DNA from: Dehalococcoidia bacterium
GTDB lineage: Bacteria > Chloroflexota > Dehalococcoidia > Bin125
NCBI GenBank assembly: GCA_963555985.3
Contig: OY820591.1
Span: forward strand, 640,001 to 704,000
Length of the DNA stretch: 64,000 bases
Reading direction: 5' to 3'
Shown: one piece after another, positions 37,633-47,231 of the stretch
Layout: the number at the start of each line of letters is the position of its first letter
How positions within the stretch are numbered: the stretch's first letter is position 1
Notes under the pieces: model-generated
What the model was told of the DNA's origin: nothing
Seen by the model: the letters and a program-made list of their open reading frames with translations, nothing else
Databases searched by the model: none
Translations under genes and position numbers: made by a program

Positions 37633-37833
37633 CGCGAGCGGAGCTTCGGGGAACTTGGTGGGGGGTTCGAGGCCGAGGACGTGGCGGATCTCTCTGCTCT
37701 TGGGGTTGGCGGGGGAGAGTTCTCGGAGCAGGGTGTTGAGCGCGTTGACGCGGGTGTAGGCGTGTTCGTTGGAGTTGGCGATCTGGGCGACTTCGGTCAT
37801 GACGTCGCGGTAGCTGTAGGGGAAGGGAGTCAT
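37618..37833 (-). CDS. Paralog of 24751 small protein, truncated by MITE
   Basis: PF.Y.Y...M..V...A...RELSPANPKSREI.H.LG.EP..PEAPL; last codons and TAA lie in the MITE end; GAAAGGA RBS. Confidence 0.7.
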   Translation of the reverse strand: MTPFPYSYRDVMTEVAQIANSNEHAYTRVNALNTLLRELSPANPKSREIRHVLGLEPPTKFPEAPLAETDA

Positions 37834-37879
37834 TGGGGTAGTTCCTTTCCGTTGGAACTGGCGTTTGGCGTAGATGGCC

Positions 37880-38146
37880 GATTATATATGGATGGATGTT
37901 CGGGTAGGTAATTTTGGTGTGTGTTGTGGTTGGCAGAGGGTTGGGTGCTGGTCACGGCGAGATACCCGCGACGGGGCGCGGGTATGACGGAACTTGTTTG
38001 GGGCGGGTATGCCAGGGAGAGGCGGACCCCCCTCTCTGTCGCTGCGCGACATCTCCCCCCGCAGTGCGGGGGGAGAGAGGATCGGGACTTCTGCAAACGT
38101 CTCCCTGCGCGGGAATGACGGATATGGGGATTTTGCACAGGTCTTC
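37880..38146 (-). repeat. Leader/repeat cluster homologous to 24500-24710
   Basis: 53-nt identity 37938-37990 vs 24526-24578; family B at 38026-38078; MITE-end/REP at 38085-38146. Confidence 0.85.
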
Positions 38147-38163
38147 AATAGCGTGAGCAGACA

Positions 38164-41100
38164 CTACGGTAGCTGGATTTGGATCGTCTCGCTTGTGGCG
38201 GTTCGTAAGAGCCAGGCTTCCGAGACTGTGATTCCGACTGAATGCAGCATCTGTGCATAGGTTTGGAGTTGGGCTTCGTAGCCGCGCAGACGGTCTGCTC
38301 GAAGCTCATGATCCGACTTGTAATCGACCAGTACCCAGCGATCGGACTTGCGGAACAACAGATCGGCGATCCCTTCGGTGATGGTCGTAGTGTCCGTGTC
38401 GTCACTCTGAATTGTTGTCAGCGGCAGTTCTCGATGGACTTCGTCGGCGCTTCGGGCTCGTTCTATGAGTTCGCTCGCCAGCGCTCGTCGCACATGCGCC
38501 AGCACTTCGTGCGGGGGGATTCCATGCGCTGCGCAGATCCGCCGCGTTCGCTCTTCCGTGAGCGCGTGGTCGTCGAAATGGGCAAGCTCCATCGCGGCGT
38601 GGATTGCGGTACCAATGGCCAGCGGGTCAGAGCGCGGCGGCAGGCCGGCATCGCTTTCGTCTAGCTCTTCGCCGGGTGACTCTCTTGTCCACTTCGCAAG
38701 ATCGTCGGCGAGACCGGAGGGTGTTCGAGCCACCGTGCGCGGATCACCCTTGACGAGTGCATCTTCGCGGAGTCGGCGCCACTGCTGAGTCAACTCCGCA
38801 TGAGCAACCGGCGCCTCAGACTGCGGCGGGGCATGAATCGCGTCGAACTGTTCGGGTGCGAATACCTGAATCGCTGGATCCGCGCCTCGCAATTGCCAGC
38901 CGGGAGCGGCTTCATCGAGGAAACCGCGGAAGCTATCGCTGTTGCCCATCGTCTGCGCCTGGAAGGAGGTCAGGATCAGCCAATCCCGCGCCCGCGTGCA
39001 GGCGACGTAGAGCATCCGCCGCGCTTCCGCGTCGGCGTAGGCTTCATCTCGGCGTTCTGCTTCGCCGATGCCGGGCGTCGCAAACTGCGTGTCTCGTCCC
39101 AGCCGATAGGCGGCCCGCCCGTTGGGCCGATCGACGATGAAGCGAGTCCCGCCGAAGGGCCGATCGGACAGCTTGGGCAGGATCACGATCGGAAACTCCA
39201 GTCCCTTCGCCTGGTGGATCGTGAGGATGCGAACCGCGTCGTCGTCGGCCTCGCTGGTTGGCGACTCCGATTCGGGCAAGTTCCGGCCTTGGCGCTGCGA
39301 GAGCCAACGGACGAAGGGCCGGAGAGTGTCGGCCTCGCTGTTCGCAAAGTCACTGGCGCGCTGTACCAACATCCGTAGGTTTGCCTGTCGCTCGGCGCTG
39401 TCTGCGCCGCTCAGCATCTGCGCCTCCAGCAAGCCGGACCGCCGAATCACATGCTCGACGATCTGCGGCAGCGGCAGATCACGCACTGAGATGCGCAGAT
39501 GGGCAAGTTCCTCGATCCGGTCGCGGAGCCGGCCGTCGTACGCGGATGGGATCGTTACAGGATCCAGCAGCAACGCAGCGCGCGAACGCTGATCGGCATG
39601 AACGAATTCGAACAGTTCCTGATCGGAAGCCGCGACCAGCGGCGACTTGAGCACGGCGAGCGCCGCCACCTCGTCGGTGGGATCGTCAAGAGCCTGCAAA
39701 AGATGCGCCGCCGCCCGGATTTCGGGCCGCTGGTAGAACCCCTGGCCGCTATCGAAGTGGTAGGGAATCCCCGCGTTATTGAGAGCATCGGTGTAGTGCG
39801 AGATGCCGGTTCGGGTGCGGATCAGGATGGCGATCTCGCGCAGTGCGGGCGGCCGTGCCGCGTCATCGCTTGAGATCCGGCCCAACTCTGAACGTCCTTC
39901 GATGAGATGTGCGATCAAGCGAGCAGTCAGCTCGCCCTCGTCTTTTCGCGCCGCATCAACGCGCGGATATTCCGACCGAGAGACGATGCTCACCACGCCG
40001 CCGCCGCTGTCTTGGCGGTGTGGTTCGATTGGCTGGAACGACGCTTGCGCGCGTGGATACGCAGGGTCGCTGCTGAGCACTGCGCTCAGGCTGCGATTCT
40101 GCCAGTCGGCCAGATTTGGGCGTGCGCGGAAGTTGACGCGCAGCCGCTCGATCGCGGCGGTTCCGGGCGCTGTCTCACTCGCGCGACGGAAGAGCTCTCG
40201 AACCTCTTCGTAGGTGTCGATATCCGCGCGCCGGAATCGGTAGACGGACTGCTTGGGATCACCGACTAGCACGAGCCGTCCCGGTCCGGGCTCAGCCTCG
40301 CGCCAGTTCGCCGTGTCTTCACGTGCGGTGAGCAAGAGTACGATCTCCGCCTGGAGCGGGTCCGTGTCCTGAAACTCGTCCACAAGGATGCTGTCGAAGC
40401 GCTTCCGAAGCGCTCTGCGGGCTCCGGGATGTTGCACCAGTAGATCGCGAGCTTCGAGCAGGAGGTCGTCATAGCTCAGGACGCCTTGCTGCCGCCGTTG
40501 GGCAGCGTCTTCGATGACGAGCTCTCGCAGTGCAGCGGTGAGCTCGGCCAAGGTGTTGTCACGGATTCGGCTGAGCAGCCCGTCGCGCCAATCGCGCAGG
40601 GCAAACCAGCGCTCACGGATCGCTGCGCGATCCGGATTATGGGCCGCGGGCGCGCCGCGAACATCGAGCGCTGCCAATCGCGGCCCAAGTTCATTCGGCT
40701 CGGTCTCACGGCAACGCCGGAGATGGGCAAGGATTCGCTCGGCTGCACTGGAATTCGAGGGCGAGTGACGACGGCAGGCAGCGACGATCTTCTCAGCTTC
40801 CTGCTCAGCGCGTTCGAGTTCATCATCGAGATTCGTCGGTTCTTCGCTTGCCGGAACCGGATCGAGATCGCGGTTGCGGGTCATGTGCTCAGCGGCGGCC
40901 TGGAGGTCTTGCAACTCGAGACCGAGACTGAGCGCGCGCTGAATCGCCGTCTGCGCTGATGCGCCGGCGTCGGACCAGAGCCACGCTCGCCAGGACTGCC
41001 GGAAGCGCAAGTCGGTCTGAAGCTGATCGAGCACGCGAAAGTTCGGATCGAGGCGGGCGTCGAGCGCGCACTCGCGCAGGAGCATCGCGGCAAAGGCGTG

Positions 41101-41388
41101 CACGGTCGAGATCTGGGCCGCTTCCACCTCTCTCACGGCCTCGGCTAGACCGGCCCGTGCGAGTTCTCGTCGAATCCGCTCGCGCAACTCGCTCGCCGCC
41201 TTCTCGGTGAAGGTGATGGCCACGATCCGCTTGAGCGAGAGACCATGACGGGCCATTTCGACCACGCGCGACACCAGCACGCTGGTCTTGCCGGTTCCCG
41301 CTCCGGCTTCCAGGAAGAACGAGGTGTCCAACTCGTGAATTATGCGCTGGCGAACATCATCGTCAACAGGCGGGGCATCATCGCTCAT
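38164..41388 (-). CDS. addA: ATP-dependent helicase/nuclease subunit A (UvrD + PD-(D/E)xK)
   Basis: AGAGTGKT, VDEFQDT, VGDPKQSVYRFR, TIHQAKGLEF, YVACTRA, GIADL..VDYKS. Confidence 0.92.
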   Translation of the reverse strand: MSDDAPPVDDDVRQRIIHELDTSFFLEAGAGTGKTSVLVSRVVEMARHGLSLKRIVAITFTEKAASELRERIRRELARAGLAEAVREVEAAQISTVHAFAAMLLRECALDARLDPNFRVLDQLQTDLRFRQSWRAWLWSDAGASAQTAIQRALSLGLELQDLQAAAEHMTRNRDLDPVPASEEPTNLDDELERAEQEAEKIVAACRRHSPSNSSAAERILAHLRRCRETEPNELGPRLAALDVRGAPAAHNPDRAAIRERWFALRDWRDGLLSRIRDNTLAELTAALRELVIEDAAQRRQQGVLSYDDLLLEARDLLVQHPGARRALRKRFDSILVDEFQDTDPLQAEIVLLLTAREDTANWREAEPGPGRLVLVGDPKQSVYRFRRADIDTYEEVRELFRRASETAPGTAAIERLRVNFRARPNLADWQNRSLSAVLSSDPAYPRAQASFQPIEPHRQDSGGGVVSIVSRSEYPRVDAARKDEGELTARLIAHLIEGRSELGRISSDDAARPPALREIAILIRTRTGISHYTDALNNAGIPYHFDSGQGFYQRPEIRAAAHLLQALDDPTDEVAALAVLKSPLVAASDQELFEFVHADQRSRAALLLDPVTIPSAYDGRLRDRIEELAHLRISVRDLPLPQIVEHVIRRSGLLEAQMLSGADSAERQANLRMLVQRASDFANSEADTLRPFVRWLSQRQGRNLPESESPTSEADDDAVRILTIHQAKGLEFPIVILPKLSDRPFGGTRFIVDRPNGRAAYRLGRDTQFATPGIGEAERRDEAYADAEARRMLYVACTRARDWLILTSFQAQTMGNSDSFRGFLDEAAPGWQLRGADPAIQVFAPEQFDAIHAPPQSEAPVAHAELTQQWRRLREDALVKGDPRTVARTPSGLADDLAKWTRESPGEELDESDAGLPPRSDPLAIGTAIHAAMELAHFDDHALTEERTRRICAAHGIPPHEVLAHVRRALASELIERARSADEVHRELPLTTIQSDDTDTTTITEGIADLLFRKSDRWVLVDYKSDHELRADRLRGYEAQLQTYAQMLHSVGITVSEAWLLRTATSETIQIQLP

Positions 41389-44300
41389 TGCAAGACTCGT
41401 TTACGCCGCAGGGCGGCGAGCGCCCGCACCCGCTCGGGCTCACGGTTTGCCTTGAACGCTGTTCGCCCGGCGATATCGGGCGTACACGCCGCCTCGTATG
41501 GACAGCGGCGGCAGTGCGGGCGGCGTTCGGTAGGTTCGCCAACGTTTGCTATGAAACTGCCTGCTTCGATGCCGTTTACGATCGTGCCGAACGTATCGAT
41601 CAAGTCGTCGGCGCTGGTCGGCGCAGAGTCGCCGCCCCTTCGCGCGAAGTCTGCGCCCCGCAGTGTTTGCGACGCGAACTCACCGCGCGCGCTGACCGAT
41701 CGCAGCATGGACTCCCCCGCCGCGATGCCTGTGTCACGCTCACGCAAGTGAGGCATGAGCGCGGCCAAGTCAGCGACTGGATTCAGGACAGAACCGTTGC
41801 GAAAGCCTTCAACCCCGGGATCCATCGCTCCCACCGTGTACCGCACCGCGCGCAGACGACCGTCTTTGTGTCGGTCGATTCGCTCGATCTGTCCGCTCAG
41901 TTGGACAGATCGTCCAGCCCCAATACTGAGCTTTGCGCCTTCGTAGGACGTTTGACTCTCGACCGGAGTCCAGCCGTCGCGGGCATCGGTGAGTTCGAGG
42001 CGCCGAATTCGGCTGAGATCGTTGCGGAGTGCTTCGGCGGTCTGCTCTGCCGTCGCCGGAGGTCCGAGCAAACCGCGGGCCGCCGCGTCTGGTAGAACCT
42101 CATCCGCGACGGCGTCCAACCGGCGCTCATCAGAGGTGAATTCCAGCCAGGGCGGACGAGTCTCGCCGGGGACCTCCTGGAGCCAGCGCGACAGCCAGCG
42201 TCTCAGAATGCGAACGACGAGTTGTCCGGCGACGATCGGACTGCTGGTCTCAGGCGGTTCGGCGACGCTTTTGAGCTCGATGATGTGCCGGAGAAAGAAG
42301 CGATAAGGACAGCGAACATACAGCTCGAGCGATCGAGGCGACCATTCGCGCGCAGTTGGATCCCAATCGGACGGCATCGTCAACCGGCCGTCGAATTCGG
42401 TGAAGCGTGGCGCGTTGCGCTCGTGAATCGCGCGCAGCGCCGGCTCAGCCTGCGGCCAGAATTCGGAGAGCAGCGCGGCGCGCCGCACGCCGGGCGCGGT
42501 CAGAAACGCTATCCGCAGATCGTCTGGATCAAGCGCACGCAATACCGACGACCAGTCGCTCCGTTCGACCTGTTCAGCCGTTGGAGACACTCCGGAGATG
42601 GCGGAGGGAATGCGAAGCAGGCGAGCTTGCTGAGCGAGGTCTTCTTCGCTCTCTAACACTGCCAAACGATCGGTGTCGCCGGGTGACACGGAGGCCGACT
42701 CAAGCAGGAGCGACGACGCCCGCGCCGGCCCGCCGATCGCGCTCGAGCGTCGCGCCCAGGAGACTGTGAACCGCGCGCGCGCGGCCTGACGCAGCAGCTG
42801 GAAGACCAGCCGATCGCTCACTGCTCGCTCGGACTGCAACGCAAGCGCACCGGGAACGCGCCTGTTGATCTGCGCTCGTACTTCGTCCGGCAGTAGCGGA
42901 TCCTGCCGGCCGGGCGCCGGGAACACGCGCTCGGCGCAGCCGGCGACAAACACCGCGTCGTAACGAATCCCGCGAGCCGGCCCATTGGCGGGTCCGACGT
43001 TTGCTCCGCCAATCAGCCGCTTGCGATCGCGGACAACGACGCCGTTGAGCGCCCGCAACGCAGCGCTCAGAGCTGCGCTTGGGACGTATGTGAGGCTGTG
43101 ATCGTCGAGCTGACGGAGCCGATCGACCGCCTCAATGGACAGTCGCCGACACGCCTGCTTCTCATCGTCTGCTTGCTCGCTCGCCGGCGCGAGATATGTG
43201 TCCAGCGCCTGCATCAACAGGTCTGCGGCCTCGCCCCAGGTGCGCGCCTGCTGCAACTGCTCGGAGCGCGCTGTGAGGTCATCAATGACCGTCAAGAGAC
43301 CTTGCCCCGTATCCGACTCCGTATCGTCGCTATCGAGCCAGTGCGCCAGACGCGCCCGCATTGATGGCCAGCCGCGTACCAGGGCGGCGGCGCTCGCTGC
43401 GCGTTCCCATTGCTGCGGTTGGCGTGTCATGTCATCCACTCCGAGCGGAAGCGGATTGGCCAAGCCTGGCTGCGCGAGCGCATCAATCAAGGCTGAGCGT
43501 TCGACTCGCTCGCCGTCCGTCAGGAGCAGCCGCAGCAGGTCTCGCGCCGCCCGCCCGGGCGCGCTTCGAGCAACGGACTCACCCGCAATTGGCCAGACGG
43601 GCACGCCAGCGCGTACCAGAGCAGCGCGGATTCGTTCATCCGCTGGCGCACCCTGCTGATGCAGTACCGCCACGCGGTGAAAGGGAATACCGCCTCGCGC
43701 CAGTTCGAGGATCCGTCGCGCAACCTCCTCCGCCTCCGCGATCGGATCGCCGGTGCTGAAGCACTCGGACTCGGTCAGCGGCGTTGCCGCGGTCGTATGC
43801 CGCACGAGCTCTGCATTCGACTCGCCTGTGAGCAGTTGTGTTGTCCGGATGGGAATTGAGGTGTCATTACCCGCGCGCGCTGGATCAACCATCAATATCC
43901 GCACAGCGGCGGCTTCCGCACAGCGGCGTATCAGTAGTCGTTGGATTCGTGTCAGATCGGTGATTCCGCTGACAATCAGCGGAGCGTTGCCAAGCGCCTC
44001 TCGATAGGCATCCACACTCGTCGCGTTCGAGACCGCGTCTTCGTAGATCGCTGTCCGGTCGCCCACATCGCTCACCCGCTCGCGCCACGCGGCGAACGCT
44101 TTACGGAGATCGCCCTCAGGCAAGTCTTCCGGTCTGAGCGCAGCTTCCCGCAGATCGGTCAGCGTGCGCAGGAGCGCCTGCGTCAATCCGGGCGCATCCG
44201 GATCGAATGCGCTGAGCCGCACATCCTCCAGCAGCTCTCGAACCGCCACGAGATCAGCGCCGCGCGGCCAACTCCGGCGCGGCGGCGCATTTCCGCGATC

Positions 44301-44519
44301 CACGATCGCTTGAGCAAGGTCTACCGGGGTAAACCCGTGGACGGCGGCCAAACCTCCGCCCGCCTCGGCGGCGAGCCTTCGTTGCGCGTCGATCCGCTGG
44401 AGCGAAGAGCCAAACAACAGGTTCAGCCGCGTCAGCGACGAGGCGCGTGCACTCACGATCTCGGAGAGCAGGCGCTCGGCGGCGGCAAGGTCGGGCAGGA
44501 CTTCGATCCGCAGGCTCAT
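41385..44519 (-). CDS. addB: AddB-like helicase/nuclease subunit B
   Basis: Upstream of and coupled to addA; RCPYRFF and CRRCPYEAAC Fe-S staple cysteines; FP....DPLLPD. Confidence 0.8.
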   Translation of the reverse strand: MSLRIEVLPDLAAAERLLSEIVSARASSLTRLNLLFGSSLQRIDAQRRLAAEAGGGLAAVHGFTPVDLAQAIVDRGNAPPRRSWPRGADLVAVRELLEDVRLSAFDPDAPGLTQALLRTLTDLREAALRPEDLPEGDLRKAFAAWRERVSDVGDRTAIYEDAVSNATSVDAYREALGNAPLIVSGITDLTRIQRLLIRRCAEAAAVRILMVDPARAGNDTSIPIRTTQLLTGESNAELVRHTTAATPLTESECFSTGDPIAEAEEVARRILELARGGIPFHRVAVLHQQGAPADERIRAALVRAGVPVWPIAGESVARSAPGRAARDLLRLLLTDGERVERSALIDALAQPGLANPLPLGVDDMTRQPQQWERAASAAALVRGWPSMRARLAHWLDSDDTESDTGQGLLTVIDDLTARSEQLQQARTWGEAADLLMQALDTYLAPASEQADDEKQACRRLSIEAVDRLRQLDDHSLTYVPSAALSAALRALNGVVVRDRKRLIGGANVGPANGPARGIRYDAVFVAGCAERVFPAPGRQDPLLPDEVRAQINRRVPGALALQSERAVSDRLVFQLLRQAARARFTVSWARRSSAIGGPARASSLLLESASVSPGDTDRLAVLESEEDLAQQARLLRIPSAISGVSPTAEQVERSDWSSVLRALDPDDLRIAFLTAPGVRRAALLSEFWPQAEPALRAIHERNAPRFTEFDGRLTMPSDWDPTAREWSPRSLELYVRCPYRFFLRHIIELKSVAEPPETSSPIVAGQLVVRILRRWLSRWLQEVPGETRPPWLEFTSDERRLDAVADEVLPDAAARGLLGPPATAEQTAEALRNDLSRIRRLELTDARDGWTPVESQTSYEGAKLSIGAGRSVQLSGQIERIDRHKDGRLRAVRYTVGAMDPGVEGFRNGSVLNPVADLAALMPHLRERDTGIAAGESMLRSVSARGEFASQTLRGADFARRGGDSAPTSADDLIDTFGTIVNGIEAGSFIANVGEPTERRPHCRRCPYEAACTPDIAGRTAFKANREPERVRALAALRRKRVLQ

Positions 44520-44584
44520 GAGTCAAGCGTAGTGAGCTTGGAGAACGAGCCGATCGCTCACGGGAACCTACGCTATCGAGGGCA

Positions 44585-44617
44585 AACTGAAGCGGGGGCG
44601 GCCGAAGCCGCCCCCGC
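44585..44617 (-). terminator. Rho-independent terminator of amt-glnK
   Basis: 11-bp GC stem with C(UUCG)G loop followed by UUCAGUUU. Confidence 0.65.
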
Positions 44618-44657
44618 CCCAACCGGTCCCCGCGGAGGGGGGTCGGCCGTCGGTCCC

Positions 44658-44996
44658 CTAGACGGCGGCCGGCCCCCGTTCGCGAGTCCGCACGCGGACG
44701 GCGTCCTCGACTGACAGGACGAAGATCTTCCCGTCGCCGATCGAGCCGGAGCCCGCGTTGTCGAGGATCGCTTCAATCACGTCGTCCAGCGGCGTGGTGT
44801 TGATCACGATCTCGATCTTGATCTTGGGCAGGTAGTCCACCTGCACTTGCTGGCCGCGGAATTCCTGCACGATGCCCTTCTGGGCGCCGCGGCCGCGAAC
44901 CTCGGAAATCGTCATCGAGACGATGCCGATGTTTTCGAGCGCCGTGCGGACCACGGAGAGGCGCTCGGGGCGGATGATGGCGATCACCATCTTCAT
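44658..44996 (-). CDS. glnK: P-II nitrogen regulatory protein
   Basis: 112 aa, MKMVIAIIRP, GRGAQKG, GDGKIFV; downstream of amt. Confidence 0.95.
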   Translation of the reverse strand: MKMVIAIIRPERLSVVRTALENIGIVSMTISEVRGRGAQKGIVQEFRGQQVQVDYLPKIKIEIVINTTPLDDVIEAILDNAGSGSIGDGKIFVLSVEDAVRVRTRERGPAAV

Positions 44997-45096
44997 GTCG
45001 ATTGTTCCTTCCTCTGCGGAGCGGTCATTGTGCGTGCCGGTCGCGGCGGTGAGGGAAGGCCGCCGCGACCGCACACGTCAATTCGCCGCAGGCTAA

Positions 45097-46563
45097 CTAG
45101 TCGCCGCCGCCGGCTGGTGAGGGTGCGGGCAGCTCTTCGCCCGCCGAGACCTCAACCGCCGTGCCAGGCGCGACCGTGGGGAATTCGGGGTAGGCGCCGA
45201 TGCCGTGCTCCTGCACATCGAGTCCGGCCAGCTCCTCGTTCTCGGAGACGCGGAGTCCGATGGTGTTCTTGATCACGAAGAACAAGATGCCAGCGGTCAC
45301 GACTGTCCAGGCGAAGACGGCCAAGACGCCGACGATCTGCCAACCCAGCGCGCTGAAACCGCCGCCCATGAAGAGACCGTGCGAAGACGCGCCCCAGGCT
45401 TCGGCGGCCCCGGCGGTGGCGAACAGGCCGACCGCAATCGTGCCCCAGGCGCCACAGACGCCGTGCACCGAAATCGCGCCAACCGGGTCGTCCACCTTGA
45501 TCTTGTCGAAGAAGGCGACCGAGTACACAACGAGGCCACCGCCGATCGCGCCGATGATGATCGCTGCCCACGGCTCCACGAAACCGCAACCAGCGGTAAT
45601 CGAAACGAGCCCCGCCAACGCGCCGTTCAGCGTGAGACCGAGGTCAGCCTTGCCGTAGCGCAGCTTCGCCACGCCCACGGCCACAATCGCGCCGGCGCCG
45701 GCCGAGAGCGTCGTGTTGATCGCGATCCAAGCCGCCTCTGTCGCCAGTCCGCCCGTCAAACCCAGCGTCGAGCCGGGGTTGAAGCCGTACCAACCGAACC
45801 AGAGGATGAACATCCCCAGCGCGGCTAGTGTCATGTTGTGACCAGGGATTGCGTTCACCCGGCCGTCCGACATGTACTTGCCAAGCCGCGGGCCAACCAG
45901 AATCGCGCCCATCAGACCCGCCCAAGCGCCGACGCCGTGCACCAGCGTCGAACCGGCGTAGTCCATGAAGCCCTCGCTGCCGAGCCAGCCGCCGCCCCAG
46001 CCCCAGTTGATCACGACCGGGTAGATCACTCCGGTGATGAACACGGTGTAGAAGAGATAGGCGCTGAACTTGGTGCGCTCGGCCAGCGCGCCGGAGACGA
46101 TTGTCGCCGCAGTCGCGGCGAAGGCCCACTGGAAGAAGAACACGGCCGCTTCGGAGACGCCGTCGGTCTCGGTCAGGCCGCCAAGTCCCGGGAAGAACGA
46201 GTGGCCGCCGATGAAGCCGCCCTGCGAGGCGCCGAAGGCAAAGCCGAACCCGACCGCCCACCAGACGACCGCGCCGAGCGAGGCGTCGAGCACGTTCTTC
46301 ATCAGGATGTTGGTGGTGTTCTTGACACGCACAAAGCCGGCTTCGAGCAACCCGAAGCCCGCCTGCATGAAGAACACCAAAATGCCGGCGAGCACGAACC
46401 AGATCGTGTCAACGGCGAGGATCAGATCCGCGACCTCCTCCGACACTTCTTGTCCGTGTGCAATCCCAAGCGTGGCCAAGAGGCCGGTGGTCAGGCCGAG
46501 GATAATCCCCAGGCCGGGTTTCCTGACTCCACCTCGGAGCCGGACCATTCGGGCAAGCTGCAT
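45097..46563 (-). CDS. amtB: Ammonium transporter
   Basis: FFMQAGF, DYAGSTLVH, LWFGWYGFN, DDPVGAISVHG. Confidence 0.97.
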   Translation of the reverse strand: MQLARMVRLRGGVRKPGLGIILGLTTGLLATLGIAHGQEVSEEVADLILAVDTIWFVLAGILVFFMQAGFGLLEAGFVRVKNTTNILMKNVLDASLGAVVWWAVGFGFAFGASQGGFIGGHSFFPGLGGLTETDGVSEAAVFFFQWAFAATAATIVSGALAERTKFSAYLFYTVFITGVIYPVVINWGWGGGWLGSEGFMDYAGSTLVHGVGAWAGLMGAILVGPRLGKYMSDGRVNAIPGHNMTLAALGMFILWFGWYGFNPGSTLGLTGGLATEAAWIAINTTLSAGAGAIVAVGVAKLRYGKADLGLTLNGALAGLVSITAGCGFVEPWAAIIIGAIGGGLVVYSVAFFDKIKVDDPVGAISVHGVCGAWGTIAVGLFATAGAAEAWGASSHGLFMGGGFSALGWQIVGVLAVFAWTVVTAGILFFVIKNTIGLRVSENEELAGLDVQEHGIGAYPEFPTVAPGTAVEVSAGEELPAPSPAGGGD

Positions 46564-46623
46564 GTGTACCTCCGTTCCCGAAACCGGTCTGGAGGCAAGC
46601 TATGGAGACAGTGGATTGCGTGG

Positions 46624-46682
46624 GTTTCACCCGATTTACGCACAGATTGCGCCAACGTGTCGCTGTGTTACGCGCAGATTGC
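46624..46682 (-). promoter_or_regulatory. Direct-repeat operator upstream of amt (GlnR-like boxes)
   Basis: GCAATCTG(C/T)GCGTAA twice, 32 bp apart; GTAAA-n6-GAAAC. Confidence 0.5.
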
Positions 46683-46748
46683 AGCGTCAACTGGCTTACT
46701 CCGCTGACCCTCCCCACGAGCCGCTCTCAATTCACCTATCCTGCCGGC

Positions 46749-47168
46749 ATGGGACCACGACTCATCCGCGCGCTCACCGCGTTTCAACAGCCGCTCTTCT
46801 CGCTGATGCGAGGCCGATTCCAGGGACCACCCACCCTGCGCTTGATTACCACCGGACGGCGCTCGGGTAAGCCCCGCTCCGTACTCCTGCTCTATCTGGA
46901 CGAAATCGAGTCGCAGGGACGACTCGTGGTCGTCGCCTCCTATGGGGGACACCACGAAGATCCTTACTGGTGGAAGAACCTGCAAGCGCGGCCCCAAGCC
47001 GAGGTCTGGAGCGCCGCCCATGGCGCTCAGCAAGTCTCCGCCTCGGAAATCGAAGGCGAGGATCGCGAAGAAGTCTGGGAGCGGCTGATCTCGATGTATT
47101 CGCCCTACCAGGGCTACCAGGCAAAAACCTCGCGGCGGATTCCGTTGGTCGCACTGACGCCGCTCTAG
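46749..47168 (+). CDS. Deazaflavin (F420)-dependent nitroreductase family (DDN)
   Basis: LITTGRRSGKPR, VASYGG..P.WW.NL, YQAKTSRRIP. Confidence 0.92.
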   Translation: MGPRLIRALTAFQQPLFSLMRGRFQGPPTLRLITTGRRSGKPRSVLLLYLDEIESQGRLVVVASYGGHHEDPYWWKNLQARPQAEVWSAAHGAQQVSASEIEGEDREEVWERLISMYSPYQGYQAKTSRRIPLVALTPL

Positions 47169-47231
47169 CCGGTTCCGCTGATACGATGATCCAGTGACCC
47201 AATCCCTCTACTGCCCGCCTGCGAGTCGGAC

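Noticed and set aside
45038-45071. 12-bp hairpin between amt and glnK as a riboswitch
   Set aside because: Simple stem with no aptamer features; likely a stability element
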